DNA from: Syntrophaceae bacterium
GTDB taxonomy: Bacteria; Desulfobacterota; Syntrophia; Syntrophales; UBA2185
NCBI GenBank assembly: GCA_003142295.1
Contig: PLLV01000101.1
Location: 9,781 to 73,780 of the forward strand
Length of the DNA: 64,000 nucleotides
Direction of reading: 5' to 3'
Within the stretch, counting starts at the first letter, position 1. Every line of letters starts with the position of its first letter. Position numbers and translations under genes: made by a program. The notes beneath the pieces are model-generated. The model was not told where the DNA came from. It ran no database searches and saw nothing but the letters and a program-made list of their open reading frames with translations. Of the stretch, positions 30,360 to 40,276 are shown in pieces.

Positions 30360-30782
30360 ATGAGGCCCGGAAGAAAAAGAAATAGCGGCAGCAAACTGTT
30401 GGCCGAAATCAACGTCACGCCTCTGGTTGACGTCGTTCTGGTCTTGCTGATAATTTTCATGGTGACAGCTCCCATGCTTCAGATGGGCATCGACGTCAAC
30501 CTTCCGCGGGTTAAATCGAAGAGTATCGATGTGACAGAGGAAAAACTTGTGCTGACGATTAACAGTGCGAAAGAGATATTTATAAACAAGAATAAGGTCG
30601 CTGTTACTGGTCTCAGTGCAAAGCTGGAAAACATCTTTGCCAACAGGATCGATAGAGAAGTTTTTATGCGGGCTGACAAGAATGTTCCCTATGGGTTTGT
30701 CGTGGAAGTGATGTCCGAGGTCAGAAAAGCCGGTGTCGATAGGCTAGGGATGATCACGGAGGCGCCCGAGGAATCAAGGTGA
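30360..30782 (+). CDS. tolR: Tol-Pal system protein TolR (ExbD/TolR family)
   Basis: The 140-aa product contains EINVTPLVDVVLVLLIIFMV. Confidence 0.9.
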   Translation: MRPGRKRNSGSKLLAEINVTPLVDVVLVLLIIFMVTAPMLQMGIDVNLPRVKSKSIDVTEEKLVLTINSAKEIFINKNKVAVTGLSAKLENIFANRIDREVFMRADKNVPYGFVVEVMSEVRKAGVDRLGMITEAPEESR

Positions 30783-30803
30783 CATTCAGCAGGATGATAC
30801 AGG

Positions 30804-31508
30804 ATGCAAAAGGAGCAAGATGATAATGATATCAGCTTGAACAGTATGATACTTGTATCTCTGTTAATCCATACTGTAGTGCTGTCTATCATTTTCTTTG
30901 CGCCATCTCTTCCCTCTCCAAGATGGACCTTCGGTCCCGTCTATTCCGTTAATCTCGTGAGTCTGTCTGAAGTTTTCCAGGAAAGGAAAGCGCAATCGGC
31001 AATTTCGAGAGAAATCAATCAAACAATTTCCGGTGAGCATCCGTCCATCTTGAAAAAGCGCCCTGATACCGTCTCTGCTGTCCCCATCAAGAGGCTGGAT
31101 TCTCAAAGAAAGCAGACTAGCAGTGTTGATAGAGCAATCGAGGATATCAGGAGGAAGGTGAATACGGGAGTGAGCCCGCCCGGCTCTTCGAGCCAGATGG
31201 ATAATGCTGAATCCAACGCAAGGATGAACGTCTATTACAACCTAATCTGGTCCAGGATCAAGGGAAAATGGACGCTGCCTCAGGGAATATTACCGAGGGA
31301 GAATATTGAGGCTATTGTCCAGGCGAAGATACTGAAGAACGGCACAGTTGTGGATTTGAGTTTTGAGAAACGCTCAGGCAATCGATATTTCGATGAGTCC
31401 GCCATGAAGGCCATGAAGAAGGCAAGCCCTCTTCCTCCTCTGCCAGACTCGGTGAGAGAGAACAGCATCGATGTGGGCATCAGGTTCCATTCACTGGAAT
31501 TCAGATAG
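30804..31508 (+). CDS. tolA: TolA-position protein with TonB/TolA C-terminal domain
   Basis: It has an N-terminal TM segment, a linker and a C-terminal TonB_C-like domain (YYNLIWSRIKGKW...SGNRYFDESAMKAMKKASPLPPLP). It sits between tolR and tolB. Confidence 0.75.
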   Translation: MQKEQDDNDISLNSMILVSLLIHTVVLSIIFFAPSLPSPRWTFGPVYSVNLVSLSEVFQERKAQSAISREINQTISGEHPSILKKRPDTVSAVPIKRLDSQRKQTSSVDRAIEDIRRKVNTGVSPPGSSSQMDNAESNARMNVYYNLIWSRIKGKWTLPQGILPRENIEAIVQAKILKNGTVVDLSFEKRSGNRYFDESAMKAMKKASPLPPLPDSVRENSIDVGIRFHSLEFR

Positions 31509-31536
31509 AAGGGGAACATCCTTTAGTGAAAGGTCT

Positions 31537-32883
31537 ATGATTTCAGTCATGAATAACTGCAAGACGAGATGCAGACGTTTTCTAGTATTAGTTGTGTTCA
31601 TGGCAGTCATGCTATCCGCTTTCTGCCCGCCTCATAGCGCCTTGGGCAAGGTCTACATTGACATCGATTCTCCCGCCTTCCAAAAATTTCCCATCGCCAT
31701 TACGGATTTCAGGAAAATAAGTCAACAGGGCTATCAGGGAGAGCTGTCAAGCTGGTTTTCAGATACCCTGGCGAAGTATTTGGAGATGACGGGATTCTTT
31801 AACATCATCAGCAAGAAGGCTTTTCTCGAAGATCAAAAACAGGCGGGCTTAACGGTGGAAAGTATCAGGTTTGCCGACTGGGCTGTCATTGGCGCTGAAT
31901 ACCTGGTGAAGGGGGCTTTCCAGTCTAATGGCAGGGATATCACCGCCGAATTTCATCTTTTCGATGTAATAAAGGGAGAAGTCATTACCGCAAAACAGTA
32001 CACCGGAAAAATAGAAGATAAGACCGAAATGGTGCGCAAGTTTGCCGGCGAAATTCTTTCTGCCCTGACAGGGGATGAAGGCGTATTTGGGACAAAGATC
32101 GCTTTTGTACTGAAGAAGGGACAAAATTCAGATATCTACACGATCAATTTCGCTGGAACTGAATTTCTCCGAGTTACGAACTTCCAGTCATTAACTCTAT
32201 CGCCACGCTGGTCTCCCGACGGAAAATTTATTTCCTTCACATCTTATAGAAATGGGAATCCCGATCTCTACGTGAAGGCATTAAACGGCACAAAGGTTGA
32301 GAAGATTGCAAATTTTGATGGCATTAATCTGGCTGGCTCCTGGTCTAGGGATGGCAGGAAGCTCTTGCTGACCCTGAGCAAGGATGGTAACGAAGAGATA
32401 TATGCGATGGATCTCAGCAGCAGAAATCTTGAACGTCTCACCCATAATTTTGCCATTGATGTTTCGCCCGCATGGTCGCCCGATAATAAAAGAATTGCTT
32501 TTGTTTCAAACCGTTCCGGTTCACCGCAAATATTTACGATGGATGCAGATGGAGGCGACGTGAAAAGACTTACCTATGACGGAAGTTATAATACATCTCC
32601 ATCCTGGTCACCGAGGGGCAACAGAATTGCGTACGAAGGGTTGACGAACGGCCGTTTCCAGATATTTTCTGCAAATGAGGATGGCAGCAGCCCTTTGCAG
32701 CTCACCTTTGACAACGTTGACCATGAATCCCCCTCCTGGTCCCCAGATGGCAGGTACTTGGTCTTCAGTACAAGGGGCAGCGGCAAACACAGAATTTGCG
32801 TGATGAATGCTAACGGGTTAAACGTGAGAATATTGTACGAGAATGTGGGCGGCTGCATGAGCCCATCCTGGTCGCAAAAATAA
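31537..32883 (+). CDS. tolB: Tol-Pal system beta-propeller protein TolB
   Basis: It has a signal peptide and repeated (S/A)PxWSPDG blades. The track ORF starts at 31471 inside tolA. The ATG at 31537 is preferred. Confidence 0.92.
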   Translation: MISVMNNCKTRCRRFLVLVVFMAVMLSAFCPPHSALGKVYIDIDSPAFQKFPIAITDFRKISQQGYQGELSSWFSDTLAKYLEMTGFFNIISKKAFLEDQKQAGLTVESIRFADWAVIGAEYLVKGAFQSNGRDITAEFHLFDVIKGEVITAKQYTGKIEDKTEMVRKFAGEILSALTGDEGVFGTKIAFVLKKGQNSDIYTINFAGTEFLRVTNFQSLTLSPRWSPDGKFISFTSYRNGNPDLYVKALNGTKVEKIANFDGINLAGSWSRDGRKLLLTLSKDGNEEIYAMDLSSRNLERLTHNFAIDVSPAWSPDNKRIAFVSNRSGSPQIFTMDADGGDVKRLTYDGSYNTSPSWSPRGNRIAYEGLTNGRFQIFSANEDGSSPLQLTFDNVDHESPSWSPDGRYLVFSTRGSGKHRICVMNANGLNVRILYENVGGCMSPSWSQK

Positions 32884-33180
32884 AATGATCTTCCGAAAAT
32901 AAGTTTATCAGAGAATATGTCGAGAAAGCGCCGGCCGCCGTTGACCCCCTTTATGACCTATTACCATGTGCATTGGATTGCCATATCCGACAATCCGCCG
33001 TAATGATATGAAAAAGCTTCTGAAGTGACAGGCGGGATAGATACTAAACAAATTGTACAGGGTGCAGAAAGCAGAAATTGAAATATTTGTGGTTGACCTT
33101 TAGGATGGATTGTGGTTTAGAAGACTTCAAATCGGCAAGTAACCAATTTTTTTAAACCAACCAAGAGAGGAGAGAACACA

Positions 33181-33786
33181 ATGAAAAGGAGCCTTGCAAT
33201 ACTAGGGATTATCGGGTTGATAGTGTGCCTTTCATTTATGGTTATGACAGGATGCGCAAAAAAATCCGCAGTAAAAGATCAGGCAGTTTCAGCTGAAGAA
33301 AAGGCTGCTTCGGATAGGGCGGCGGAGCAGGCGGATGCAAAGGCGCGGGCTGATCAAGAAGCCCGCTTGGCTGCTGAACAGAGGGCGAAAGAAGAGGCGG
33401 AAGCGAAGGTAGCCCCGCAGGCAGAGGCTGCTGCGGTAAAAGAAGAAATGACATTTAAGGATGTACTTTTTGAATACGATAAATTCAGTCTCAAACCCGA
33501 AAGTAGGGACATTCTCAAACAGCTTGCAGAATGGCTGACCAATAATAGAAATAACAATGTTCTCATTGAAGGTAACTGTGATGAAAGGGGAACGACTGAA
33601 TATAACCTTGCCCTTGGAGAAAGACGTGCCAAGGAGGCCATGAAATACCTCGTTGAACTTGGGATTGATGGCAAGAGAATAAAAACGATCAGTTATGGCA
33701 AAGAAAGACCCTTTGATCCCGGAAATACTGAAGAAGCTTGGGCAAAAAACAGAAGAGATCACTTTGTCGTCACATCCACGAAATAG
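33181..33786 (+). CDS. pal: Peptidoglycan-associated lipoprotein Pal (OmpA-like) with long Ala/Glu/Lys-rich linker
   Basis: It has a lipobox (VMTGC) and OmpA-like motifs (TEYNLALGERRA, NRRDHFV). Confidence 0.92.
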   Translation: MKRSLAILGIIGLIVCLSFMVMTGCAKKSAVKDQAVSAEEKAASDRAAEQADAKARADQEARLAAEQRAKEEAEAKVAPQAEAAAVKEEMTFKDVLFEYDKFSLKPESRDILKQLAEWLTNNRNNNVLIEGNCDERGTTEYNLALGERRAKEAMKYLVELGIDGKRIKTISYGKERPFDPGNTEEAWAKNRRDHFVVTSTK

Positions 33787-33810
33787 GGTTATGATGGGGA
33801 GGTGTAACGC

Positions 33811-34602
33811 TTGAACAGAATCATATCCTTGCTTATACTCGCATCTCTAATCTGCACCGTAGGTTGTGCAACGACCAAAGATCTGCAGCGCGTTCATGGG
33901 GATTTTGATAGGCAAATCTCGGCTTTAAAAGAGGAAGATGCAGGCATCCGAAAAGATATTGCCAAGATTAAAGAGACGCAAGCGTCTTTACAAAAGAGCC
34001 AGGCAGAAATGCGTGCAGACATCACTGAACTGAGAGATGGTATCCAAAGTTTGAAAGGTATAACTGAAGGATTAAAAAAAGATATAGCGGCATTAAGGGA
34101 AAAACTTGATAATGTATCTTTAAAAATAAATTTTATAGAAAACTTTCTTGAAATTGGAAAAAGAGAAAACCATTCGGAGGGCGATAAAGCGGGAAAGGCC
34201 GCTGCGAAAAATGCCATAAAAGGGAAAACGGACAAGGAATCGGCATATGCATTGGCCTATGAAACTTTTAAGGAAGGAAAGTATGAAAAAGCCAGGGGGG
34301 AGTTTCAGAATTTTCTGAAGCAATACCCTGACTCGGAATATTCTGATAATGCCCAATTCTGGATAGGGGAAAGTTTTTATTTTGAGAATAAATATGAAAA
34401 GGCCATACTCGAATATGAGAAAGTGGTCAAGAACTATCCCAAGGGCAGTAAGGTTCCATACGCCCTGTTGAAACAGGGGCTTTCTTTTTTGAATCTCGGC
34501 GACAAATCGAGTGCGAGACTGATTCTGCAGCAGATAATAAAAGAATATCCCAACACCAACCAGGCAAGAATAGCAAGGGCAAAACTGGTAGAAATTAAGT
34601 AA
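33811..34602 (+). CDS. cpoB: Tol-Pal-associated coiled-coil/TPR protein CpoB (YbgF)
   Basis: It has a TTG start after GGGGAGG, a lipoprotein-type signal, an N-terminal coiled coil and a C-terminal TPR (YPDSEYSDNAQFWIGESFY). It lies directly after pal. Confidence 0.85.
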   Translation: MNRIISLLILASLICTVGCATTKDLQRVHGDFDRQISALKEEDAGIRKDIAKIKETQASLQKSQAEMRADITELRDGIQSLKGITEGLKKDIAALREKLDNVSLKINFIENFLEIGKRENHSEGDKAGKAAAKNAIKGKTDKESAYALAYETFKEGKYEKARGEFQNFLKQYPDSEYSDNAQFWIGESFYFENKYEKAILEYEKVVKNYPKGSKVPYALLKQGLSFLNLGDKSSARLILQQIIKEYPNTNQARIARAKLVEIK

Positions 34603-34642
34603 AGGAACAGTAAAGGATTAACCCCTTCTTGTCATATCTATT

Positions 34643-35461
34643 TCATCGATCCATAGAAATAGGTATGACTCCGGGAGGTGGTTTGAGATCAAAGATCGTC
34701 GCATTAATTCCCTTCGCCGGCCCGATATCAACATAACGGATTATGATATCGGGCTTATCATTGTCTCCATATGCAATCGTAACATTCTGTGGCAGGGTCA
34801 TATTTTCTATGCGGTCCCGCCCTATGAATCGGGCGCTGAACAATCGGGAGTTGTTGCCTGCAAATAAATCGACTCTAACGAGGTGACCCTCCTCCGGATC
34901 TACCCAGAGAGATTGAATTTTTCTGTTTTCAGAAAGGATATCAACTCTATAGAGGCTCCCATCGGAAGAACCGTCTAAGGTAATGCTTTTTCCTATTATT
35001 TCAGGATGCATGCCCAGCAGGATAGACGTCATGTCTTCTATTCGAAGCACTGTCGCAGCAACAGGAATAAAATGCGCCAGATTTCTTGTCGTTGCCTTCC
35101 CTATATAGAATTTTCCATTCTGTGGCACAAAAACTTTCAGGACATTCTCGTGGACGGTCAAGAAGAGATCTGCTGGACCTATGACAGGCATTGATTCTAA
35201 TCTCAATGAGGACGGCTTCTTCAGCACTAAAGCCGCCTTCAGGGGATACCGGCCTTCAGGAGTATTAACTTCGATACGCGCAATGGCTTTAACACCATCT
35301 TTGAATTGATTGTCTGAGTCGATCTTTTCCAGAACAACGAGGGGAGAGGAGAAACTCTGTTTCGAGCCTCCGCCGATTTTCTGTGTTTTGGTGATGGTAC
35401 ATGCGGAAAAAATGAGGAAGAATGACATGATGAAAAAAAACGATGGCAATCTTTTCCGCAT
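34643..35461 (-). CDS. Outer-membrane lipoprotein, DUF4292/LolB-like
   Basis: It has a lipobox (LIFSAC), is 272 aa, and overlaps the upstream TPR gene by 1 nt (TGATG). The family call is from memory of the fold-family pattern only. Confidence 0.55.
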   Translation of the reverse strand: MRKRLPSFFFIMSFFLIFSACTITKTQKIGGGSKQSFSSPLVVLEKIDSDNQFKDGVKAIARIEVNTPEGRYPLKAALVLKKPSSLRLESMPVIGPADLFLTVHENVLKVFVPQNGKFYIGKATTRNLAHFIPVAATVLRIEDMTSILLGMHPEIIGKSITLDGSSDGSLYRVDILSENRKIQSLWVDPEEGHLVRVDLFAGNNSRLFSARFIGRDRIENMTLPQNVTIAYGDNDKPDIIIRYVDIGPAKGINATIFDLKPPPGVIPISMDR

Positions 35462-37173
35462 CAGGGCTTTTCCCCTTTGATGAGTTCATTGAACTTTTTT
35501 TGCAGATCGCCATTGGCAGGGTTTAATTTCAATGCCTGTCTGTATATTTCGACGGCCTCACTTACCCTGCCTGCCTTTGTATAGGCTTCTCCCAAGTGTT
35601 CAGCGATAGTTGCATCAGTAGGCAGGCTATCCGATGCTTCTTTCAGGTATTTTATGGCCAGATCCATTCTGTTTTGTCTGAAATATACCCAGCCGAGGCT
35701 GTCAATCATGTAGACATTCCCGGGCTTCAAGGTGAGGGCCTTCTTGATCATCTTCTCAGCTTCATCAAGACGGATGCCCCTGTCCGCAAACGTATAACCT
35801 ATGAAGTTGAGCGCGTCTGCATTCTCCGGGTCGATTTTCAGAACTGACTCCATTTCATTTATACTCTCGTGAAAGCGGTTTGTCTTTTCATAGAGGACGC
35901 CGAGACTATAACGAAGGTCGATGCTCTGCGGCAATGCAGAAAGGCCTTCCTTTAATATTCCCTCGGCAGATGATAATTTCTTGTCCTCTTCATATAGGGA
36001 GGAGAGATAAACATAGAGCCCCGGCATATCTCTATTATTACGAATGGCTCTTTTCATTGATTCTATGGCCTCAGCAATTTTACCCTCCCTTTTCAGGATG
36101 ATTCCCATATTAATCTGCGCGTTTCCGTAAAGTTCTGAATCCAGGGGGATCATTTTAAATCCTTCAATCGCCTTGCCGTGCATCTTCTTCTCTTCATACG
36201 TTGAGGCGAGCAAATATCTGGCCCTGTGGTCATTCGGATTTCCATCCAGTAAAATGGCAAACTCGCCAATAGCATCATCAAGCCTGCCCTTTTCGAGGTA
36301 AAGGAGGCCGAGATCCAGTCGCGCTTCCCTATTGCCATTATCGAAATCCAGAATTCGCTTGAATTCCCTCTCTGCATCGTTTAATTTATGCTCCCTGAGA
36401 AAAATTTCTCCCAGTTTTATTCTTACGTTTGTGCCTGGCGGATAGAGATCAACAAAACTTCTATACAATTCTACCGCCTGATCGGCCTTCTTTTCCTTTT
36501 CGTAGAGGAGTCCTAAATCGATCAACGCCGGTTCAAAAGTGGGTTTTATGGCCAGAGCCTTCTTGAAGCTTTGTTCCGCTTCCTCATAGCGTTTCATATC
36601 CGTTAATATCTTTGCCAGATAGTAGTTACCGGTGAGATGGTCCGGACTGGTTCTGATTAGATCTTGGAAAGTTTTCAAGGCCTTCTTGTAGTTTTTAGTT
36701 TCCGCATAGATGGTGCCGAGGTATATGCGGGAAAATGTATTCGTCGGATCCAGTTCAATTACCTTTTCATATTCTCCTACAGCGTTCTTATAATCCTTCA
36801 TGTTCAGGTACAGTCCGCCCAAGAGAAGATGGGCGTTTACATTATTCGGATGTTCTGTGAGATATTTCTTGCTGAGAGTGATGGCCTTTTGTATCTCGCC
36901 TCGTTCAATATATAGGGATATAAGTTCTGTCTTGAGGTAGGAGGATTGAGGGTCGAAGCTCAGGGCCTTTTCATATTCCTTTATGGCGCTGTCAAGGTTG
37001 TCATCAAGGATATGCAACACGCCGAGGGAATAATGATACGTCGAGTCGAATGACGGTCGCTCCGTCCCCTCCGAGATGTCCGGAATCCTGCCTTTCACAG
37101 GCGAAGATGCACACCCGGCAAGGCAGCATAAGATCAGGATCAGAAGATATCTATTGTACAAATAATTTCGCAT
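35461..37173 (-). CDS. TPR-repeat lipoprotein (570 aa)
   Basis: It has a lipobox (CLAGCASS) and more than 12 tandem TPR units, with recurring A..Y.KAL..DP motifs. Confidence 0.85.
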   Translation of the reverse strand: MRNYLYNRYLLILILCCLAGCASSPVKGRIPDISEGTERPSFDSTYHYSLGVLHILDDNLDSAIKEYEKALSFDPQSSYLKTELISLYIERGEIQKAITLSKKYLTEHPNNVNAHLLLGGLYLNMKDYKNAVGEYEKVIELDPTNTFSRIYLGTIYAETKNYKKALKTFQDLIRTSPDHLTGNYYLAKILTDMKRYEEAEQSFKKALAIKPTFEPALIDLGLLYEKEKKADQAVELYRSFVDLYPPGTNVRIKLGEIFLREHKLNDAEREFKRILDFDNGNREARLDLGLLYLEKGRLDDAIGEFAILLDGNPNDHRARYLLASTYEEKKMHGKAIEGFKMIPLDSELYGNAQINMGIILKREGKIAEAIESMKRAIRNNRDMPGLYVYLSSLYEEDKKLSSAEGILKEGLSALPQSIDLRYSLGVLYEKTNRFHESINEMESVLKIDPENADALNFIGYTFADRGIRLDEAEKMIKKALTLKPGNVYMIDSLGWVYFRQNRMDLAIKYLKEASDSLPTDATIAEHLGEAYTKAGRVSEAVEIYRQALKLNPANGDLQKKFNELIKGEKP

Positions 37174-37254
37174 ATTAATAAATTCATATCATCTTAATTG
37201 TCTCTAAAAAACCCACACATCTGTAAAAAAACAGCTGCCGGTCGTTTTTGGAGA

Positions 37255-38172
37255 TCATTGAACGAGTGCGGATACAGGAACGATATCGATGCCGCGAGCT
37301 TTTAAAACTGGTATTGCCTCCTTGAGAGCCTGAATAGTTTTCAGGTGGGGATGTCCTATCATTACCACCGCTTCTGATTTATGGTCAAATTCCCTGTCGA
37401 TCCGGGTTGTCAAGTTTCGAAAAATCGTCATGTAGTCATGGTCATTATCAATAAATATTTTTCTTGAGACAAATCGAAGTCCTAACTTTCTGGCAATTTC
37501 CGGACCCTTGGACAGCGGGGTCGTCCGGCTGTCGACAAAAAAAAGATTCCTTTTCTTAAGTTGTGTAAATACAATAGTGAGCTTTGCTTCATCCTCCATG
37601 AACTTCGATCCCATATGATTGTTTACGCCTGATAGATAGGGAATTGCATCGAGATCTTTGTCAACCTCCTCCTTGATTTGCCGATCACTCATGCTCATAA
37701 GAAGGGCTCCCATCCCCGGGTTTTCATCCGGGAAGGTATGAGGTTCCATCGGGAGGTGGAGAAGGATTTCTCTTTTCGCCCTGTGCAAAATATTTGCCGC
37801 ATCGACTGAATATGCATAGTGAGGAAGAATGGCAAAGGTTAGGGAGGCATCAATCTTAAGAAGTTCATTCAACGGTGAAAGATCATAACCAATGTCATCT
37901 ATGAGAATGGCGACCCTTTTTCTCGCCTGGCTAATTTTATCTTTAGGGACGGTGCTATCTGTCCCGTATTTCTTCTGTAAGTCTCGTATAGGCTTTTCTC
38001 TCAGAGCATTCCTTTGCTCACTTCTTGGGGTATGTTTTGGCTCTTTCACCTCCTGGTTCCCGGCATGGTACAGGTATAGCGCCATGACAGAAATGATTAC
38101 TGCTGAGATTATGACAAATACCGTCCAGCCCCCTTTTCGCCTCATGATCATTATAAACTTCCGCCGGGTCAC
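37255..38172 (-). CDS. Divergent polysaccharide deacetylase family protein (YibQ/DUF610-like)
   Basis: It has an N-terminal TM segment and the motifs VAILIDDIGY, FAILPH, LLHLPMEP and GVNNHMGS. Confidence 0.8.
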   Translation of the reverse strand: MTRRKFIMIMRRKGGWTVFVIISAVIISVMALYLYHAGNQEVKEPKHTPRSEQRNALREKPIRDLQKKYGTDSTVPKDKISQARKRVAILIDDIGYDLSPLNELLKIDASLTFAILPHYAYSVDAANILHRAKREILLHLPMEPHTFPDENPGMGALLMSMSDRQIKEEVDKDLDAIPYLSGVNNHMGSKFMEDEAKLTIVFTQLKKRNLFFVDSRTTPLSKGPEIARKLGLRFVSRKIFIDNDHDYMTIFRNLTTRIDREFDHKSEAVVMIGHPHLKTIQALKEAIPVLKARGIDIVPVSALVQ

Positions 38173-38180
38173 GCTCTAAG

Positions 38181-39488
38181 TCAGCTCTTCAGATTCTTTT
38201 TCATTATATCCCAGCTTTTTATGATGTCCAAGGCGCTCTTTAGCTGATTATCCTGCATTAAATTGTCTTGCTCTTTCTTTGCACCTTCATCTTTGTTTGT
38301 ATCATTTTCTTTTTTCGGCTTTATGTGACCCTTGAGGTCTCGTTCCCTGATGAAATCATCCGTCATCTCTTTGTCCTCAGAAGGTCTGATATATTTCACA
38401 ATGATATCCGGTTTTATTCCCTCGGCCTGGATCGATCGCCCACTCGGCGTATAGTATTTCGCCGTGGTCAGTTTCAGGGCAGACCCATCTTCAAGCGGGA
38501 TAACAGTCTGTACCGATCCTTTCCCAAAGGTCTGGGTGCCCAGTACCAATGCCCTCCCGTTGTCTTGCAGTGCTCCTGACACAATCTCGGCAGCGCTGGC
38601 GGTGCCCTCATTAACCATGGCAATGATAGGACACGTTGGCTCATCACCGTCGTCTTTCGCGACCGATTTCGTTTCCATATTTCTTGTTCTTCCCTTAGTT
38701 GTGACAATGACTCCCGATTTCAGGAAAACATCGGCGACTGCCACCGCCTGATTTAGTAAGCCACCGGGGTTATTCCTGAAGTCCAAGATAATACCTTCAA
38801 GAACACCATTTTTCGCTTTAATATCCCTTAGTACTTTCTTCAAATCATCCGCTGTTCTTTCCTGGAATGAAGACACCCGGATATAAGCAATGTGATCATC
38901 GTAGATCTTTGATTTGACGCTTTTTATCTTGATGATGCTACGGGTAATCACAAAATCTTTCGGCTTGGTCATATCCTCCCGCATAATGGTAACAGTAACC
39001 TTGGAGTCTTTTGGCCCCCGCAGTTTCTTGACTGCCTCCATTATAGTAATGTCCTTCGTTGATTTCCCGTCAATCTGTATAATATGGTCGCCCGCTTTAA
39101 TGCCTGCATTGTAGGCCGGAGTGTCCTCAACAGGCGAAACAACCGTCAGGACATCTTTCTTTATAGTAATTTCAATACCGATGCCGCCAAAACTCCCGCG
39201 TGTTTCCACCTCCAGATCTTTGTACATTTCGGCGGTCATATAGGTACTGTGGGGATCCAGGGACTTCATCATTCCATTAATGGCCCCCTCTAAGAGTTTT
39301 TTTGAATCCACATCCTCGACGTAGTTCTTCTGCACCATGTCGAGTACTTCATTGAAAGTCTTGAGATTCTTGTATATACTGCTTTCCAGTGCAGCTGATA
39401 CTTGAGAATCTCCCTGAAGGCCAAGCAGGAGCAAGCAGGCAAGCAAACACAGAGACAAGAGAACTTTCTTATGCACAATGTTTTTCAT
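38181..39488 (-). CDS. ctpA: Carboxyl-terminal processing protease (S41A, PDZ-containing)
   Basis: It has a signal peptide, a PDZ domain (AGIKAGDHIIQIDG) and S41 motifs (DFRNNPGGLL, GTASAAEI, TFGKGSVQ). Confidence 0.92.
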   Translation of the reverse strand: MKNIVHKKVLLSLCLLACLLLLGLQGDSQVSAALESSIYKNLKTFNEVLDMVQKNYVEDVDSKKLLEGAINGMMKSLDPHSTYMTAEMYKDLEVETRGSFGGIGIEITIKKDVLTVVSPVEDTPAYNAGIKAGDHIIQIDGKSTKDITIMEAVKKLRGPKDSKVTVTIMREDMTKPKDFVITRSIIKIKSVKSKIYDDHIAYIRVSSFQERTADDLKKVLRDIKAKNGVLEGIILDFRNNPGGLLNQAVAVADVFLKSGVIVTTKGRTRNMETKSVAKDDGDEPTCPIIAMVNEGTASAAEIVSGALQDNGRALVLGTQTFGKGSVQTVIPLEDGSALKLTTAKYYTPSGRSIQAEGIKPDIIVKYIRPSEDKEMTDDFIRERDLKGHIKPKKENDTNKDEGAKKEQDNLMQDNQLKSALDIIKSWDIMKKNLKS

Positions 39489-39890
39489 TCAATCCTCCAC
39501 TGCTGACATTGATACAGTCCGTATAAGATAATTATCAAGATAACGATAACACTATTTTTATTCAATTTTCCATAACTTTTTAAGATGGTCCTATAAGAGC
39601 GGATACATGATGAGCCTCTCAAGATAACTGATCTCATAGTTGAGAAGGCTTATGAGAAGAAAAAGATATGGCCGCTAGGAACGCTCGTCCGTGGCGCCTT
39701 TGCAAAGAAAAGAACGATTGAGTCGCACGTTATTATTTGTTAACTCAGATTGTGTCCATGCACAATTCGTTTTCAAAAAACCTGTGCACCCCGCTTTGGT
39801 GCTCTTAAGAAGATGTCTTATGTTTTATCCAGGTCACTGCTTTTGCTGAGATTATCAAGACTGAGGCTGTGAGAACATCGTATGATTCAA

Positions 39891-40244
39891 TTAGGTGGGG
39901 CCGATCTGGGGATTTTCTGCGGATATGAATTTGACGCTCCCGTTTATGATTCCGCCTTCATCAATGACTAAGTTGTGGCATCTGATATGACCTCTCACGT
40001 CCGCCGATTTCAAAAGTGTAAGAGTGCCTGTGACTTCAATGTCTCCTTCGAAATATCCCGCTATGGTCAGGGAAGTTGCACTTATTTGGGCTTTTACATT
40101 GCTATTTTTTTCCGTGAAAACAGTTTCAGCAAGGAGCGTCCCTTCTATGATTCCTTCGACAATCAGGTGTCCTCTGAAATGCAGAATCCCTTCGATTTTG
40201 CAATCCCTGTTCACTATGGAAATATTGTTGTCTCTTGCCTTCAC
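39891..40244 (-). CDS. Bactofilin (DUF583) cytoskeletal protein
   Basis: The 117-aa product shows the beta-helical repeat pattern (IEGILHFRGHLIVEGIIEGTL...FEGDIEVTGTLTLLKSADVRGHI). It has a GTG start. Confidence 0.85.
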   Translation of the reverse strand: MKARDNNISIVNRDCKIEGILHFRGHLIVEGIIEGTLLAETVFTEKNSNVKAQISATSLTIAGYFEGDIEVTGTLTLLKSADVRGHIRCHNLVIDEGGIINGSVKFISAENPQIGPT

Positions 40245-40276
40245 CTTCAGGTGTTTCCCTCATTTTTTTTCTATCA

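Noticed and set aside
33242-33762. Three minus-strand ORFs (70, 157 and 106 aa) inside pal.
   Set aside because: They are shadow ORFs produced by the GC-biased, repeat-like Ala/Glu linker coding sequence of pal.
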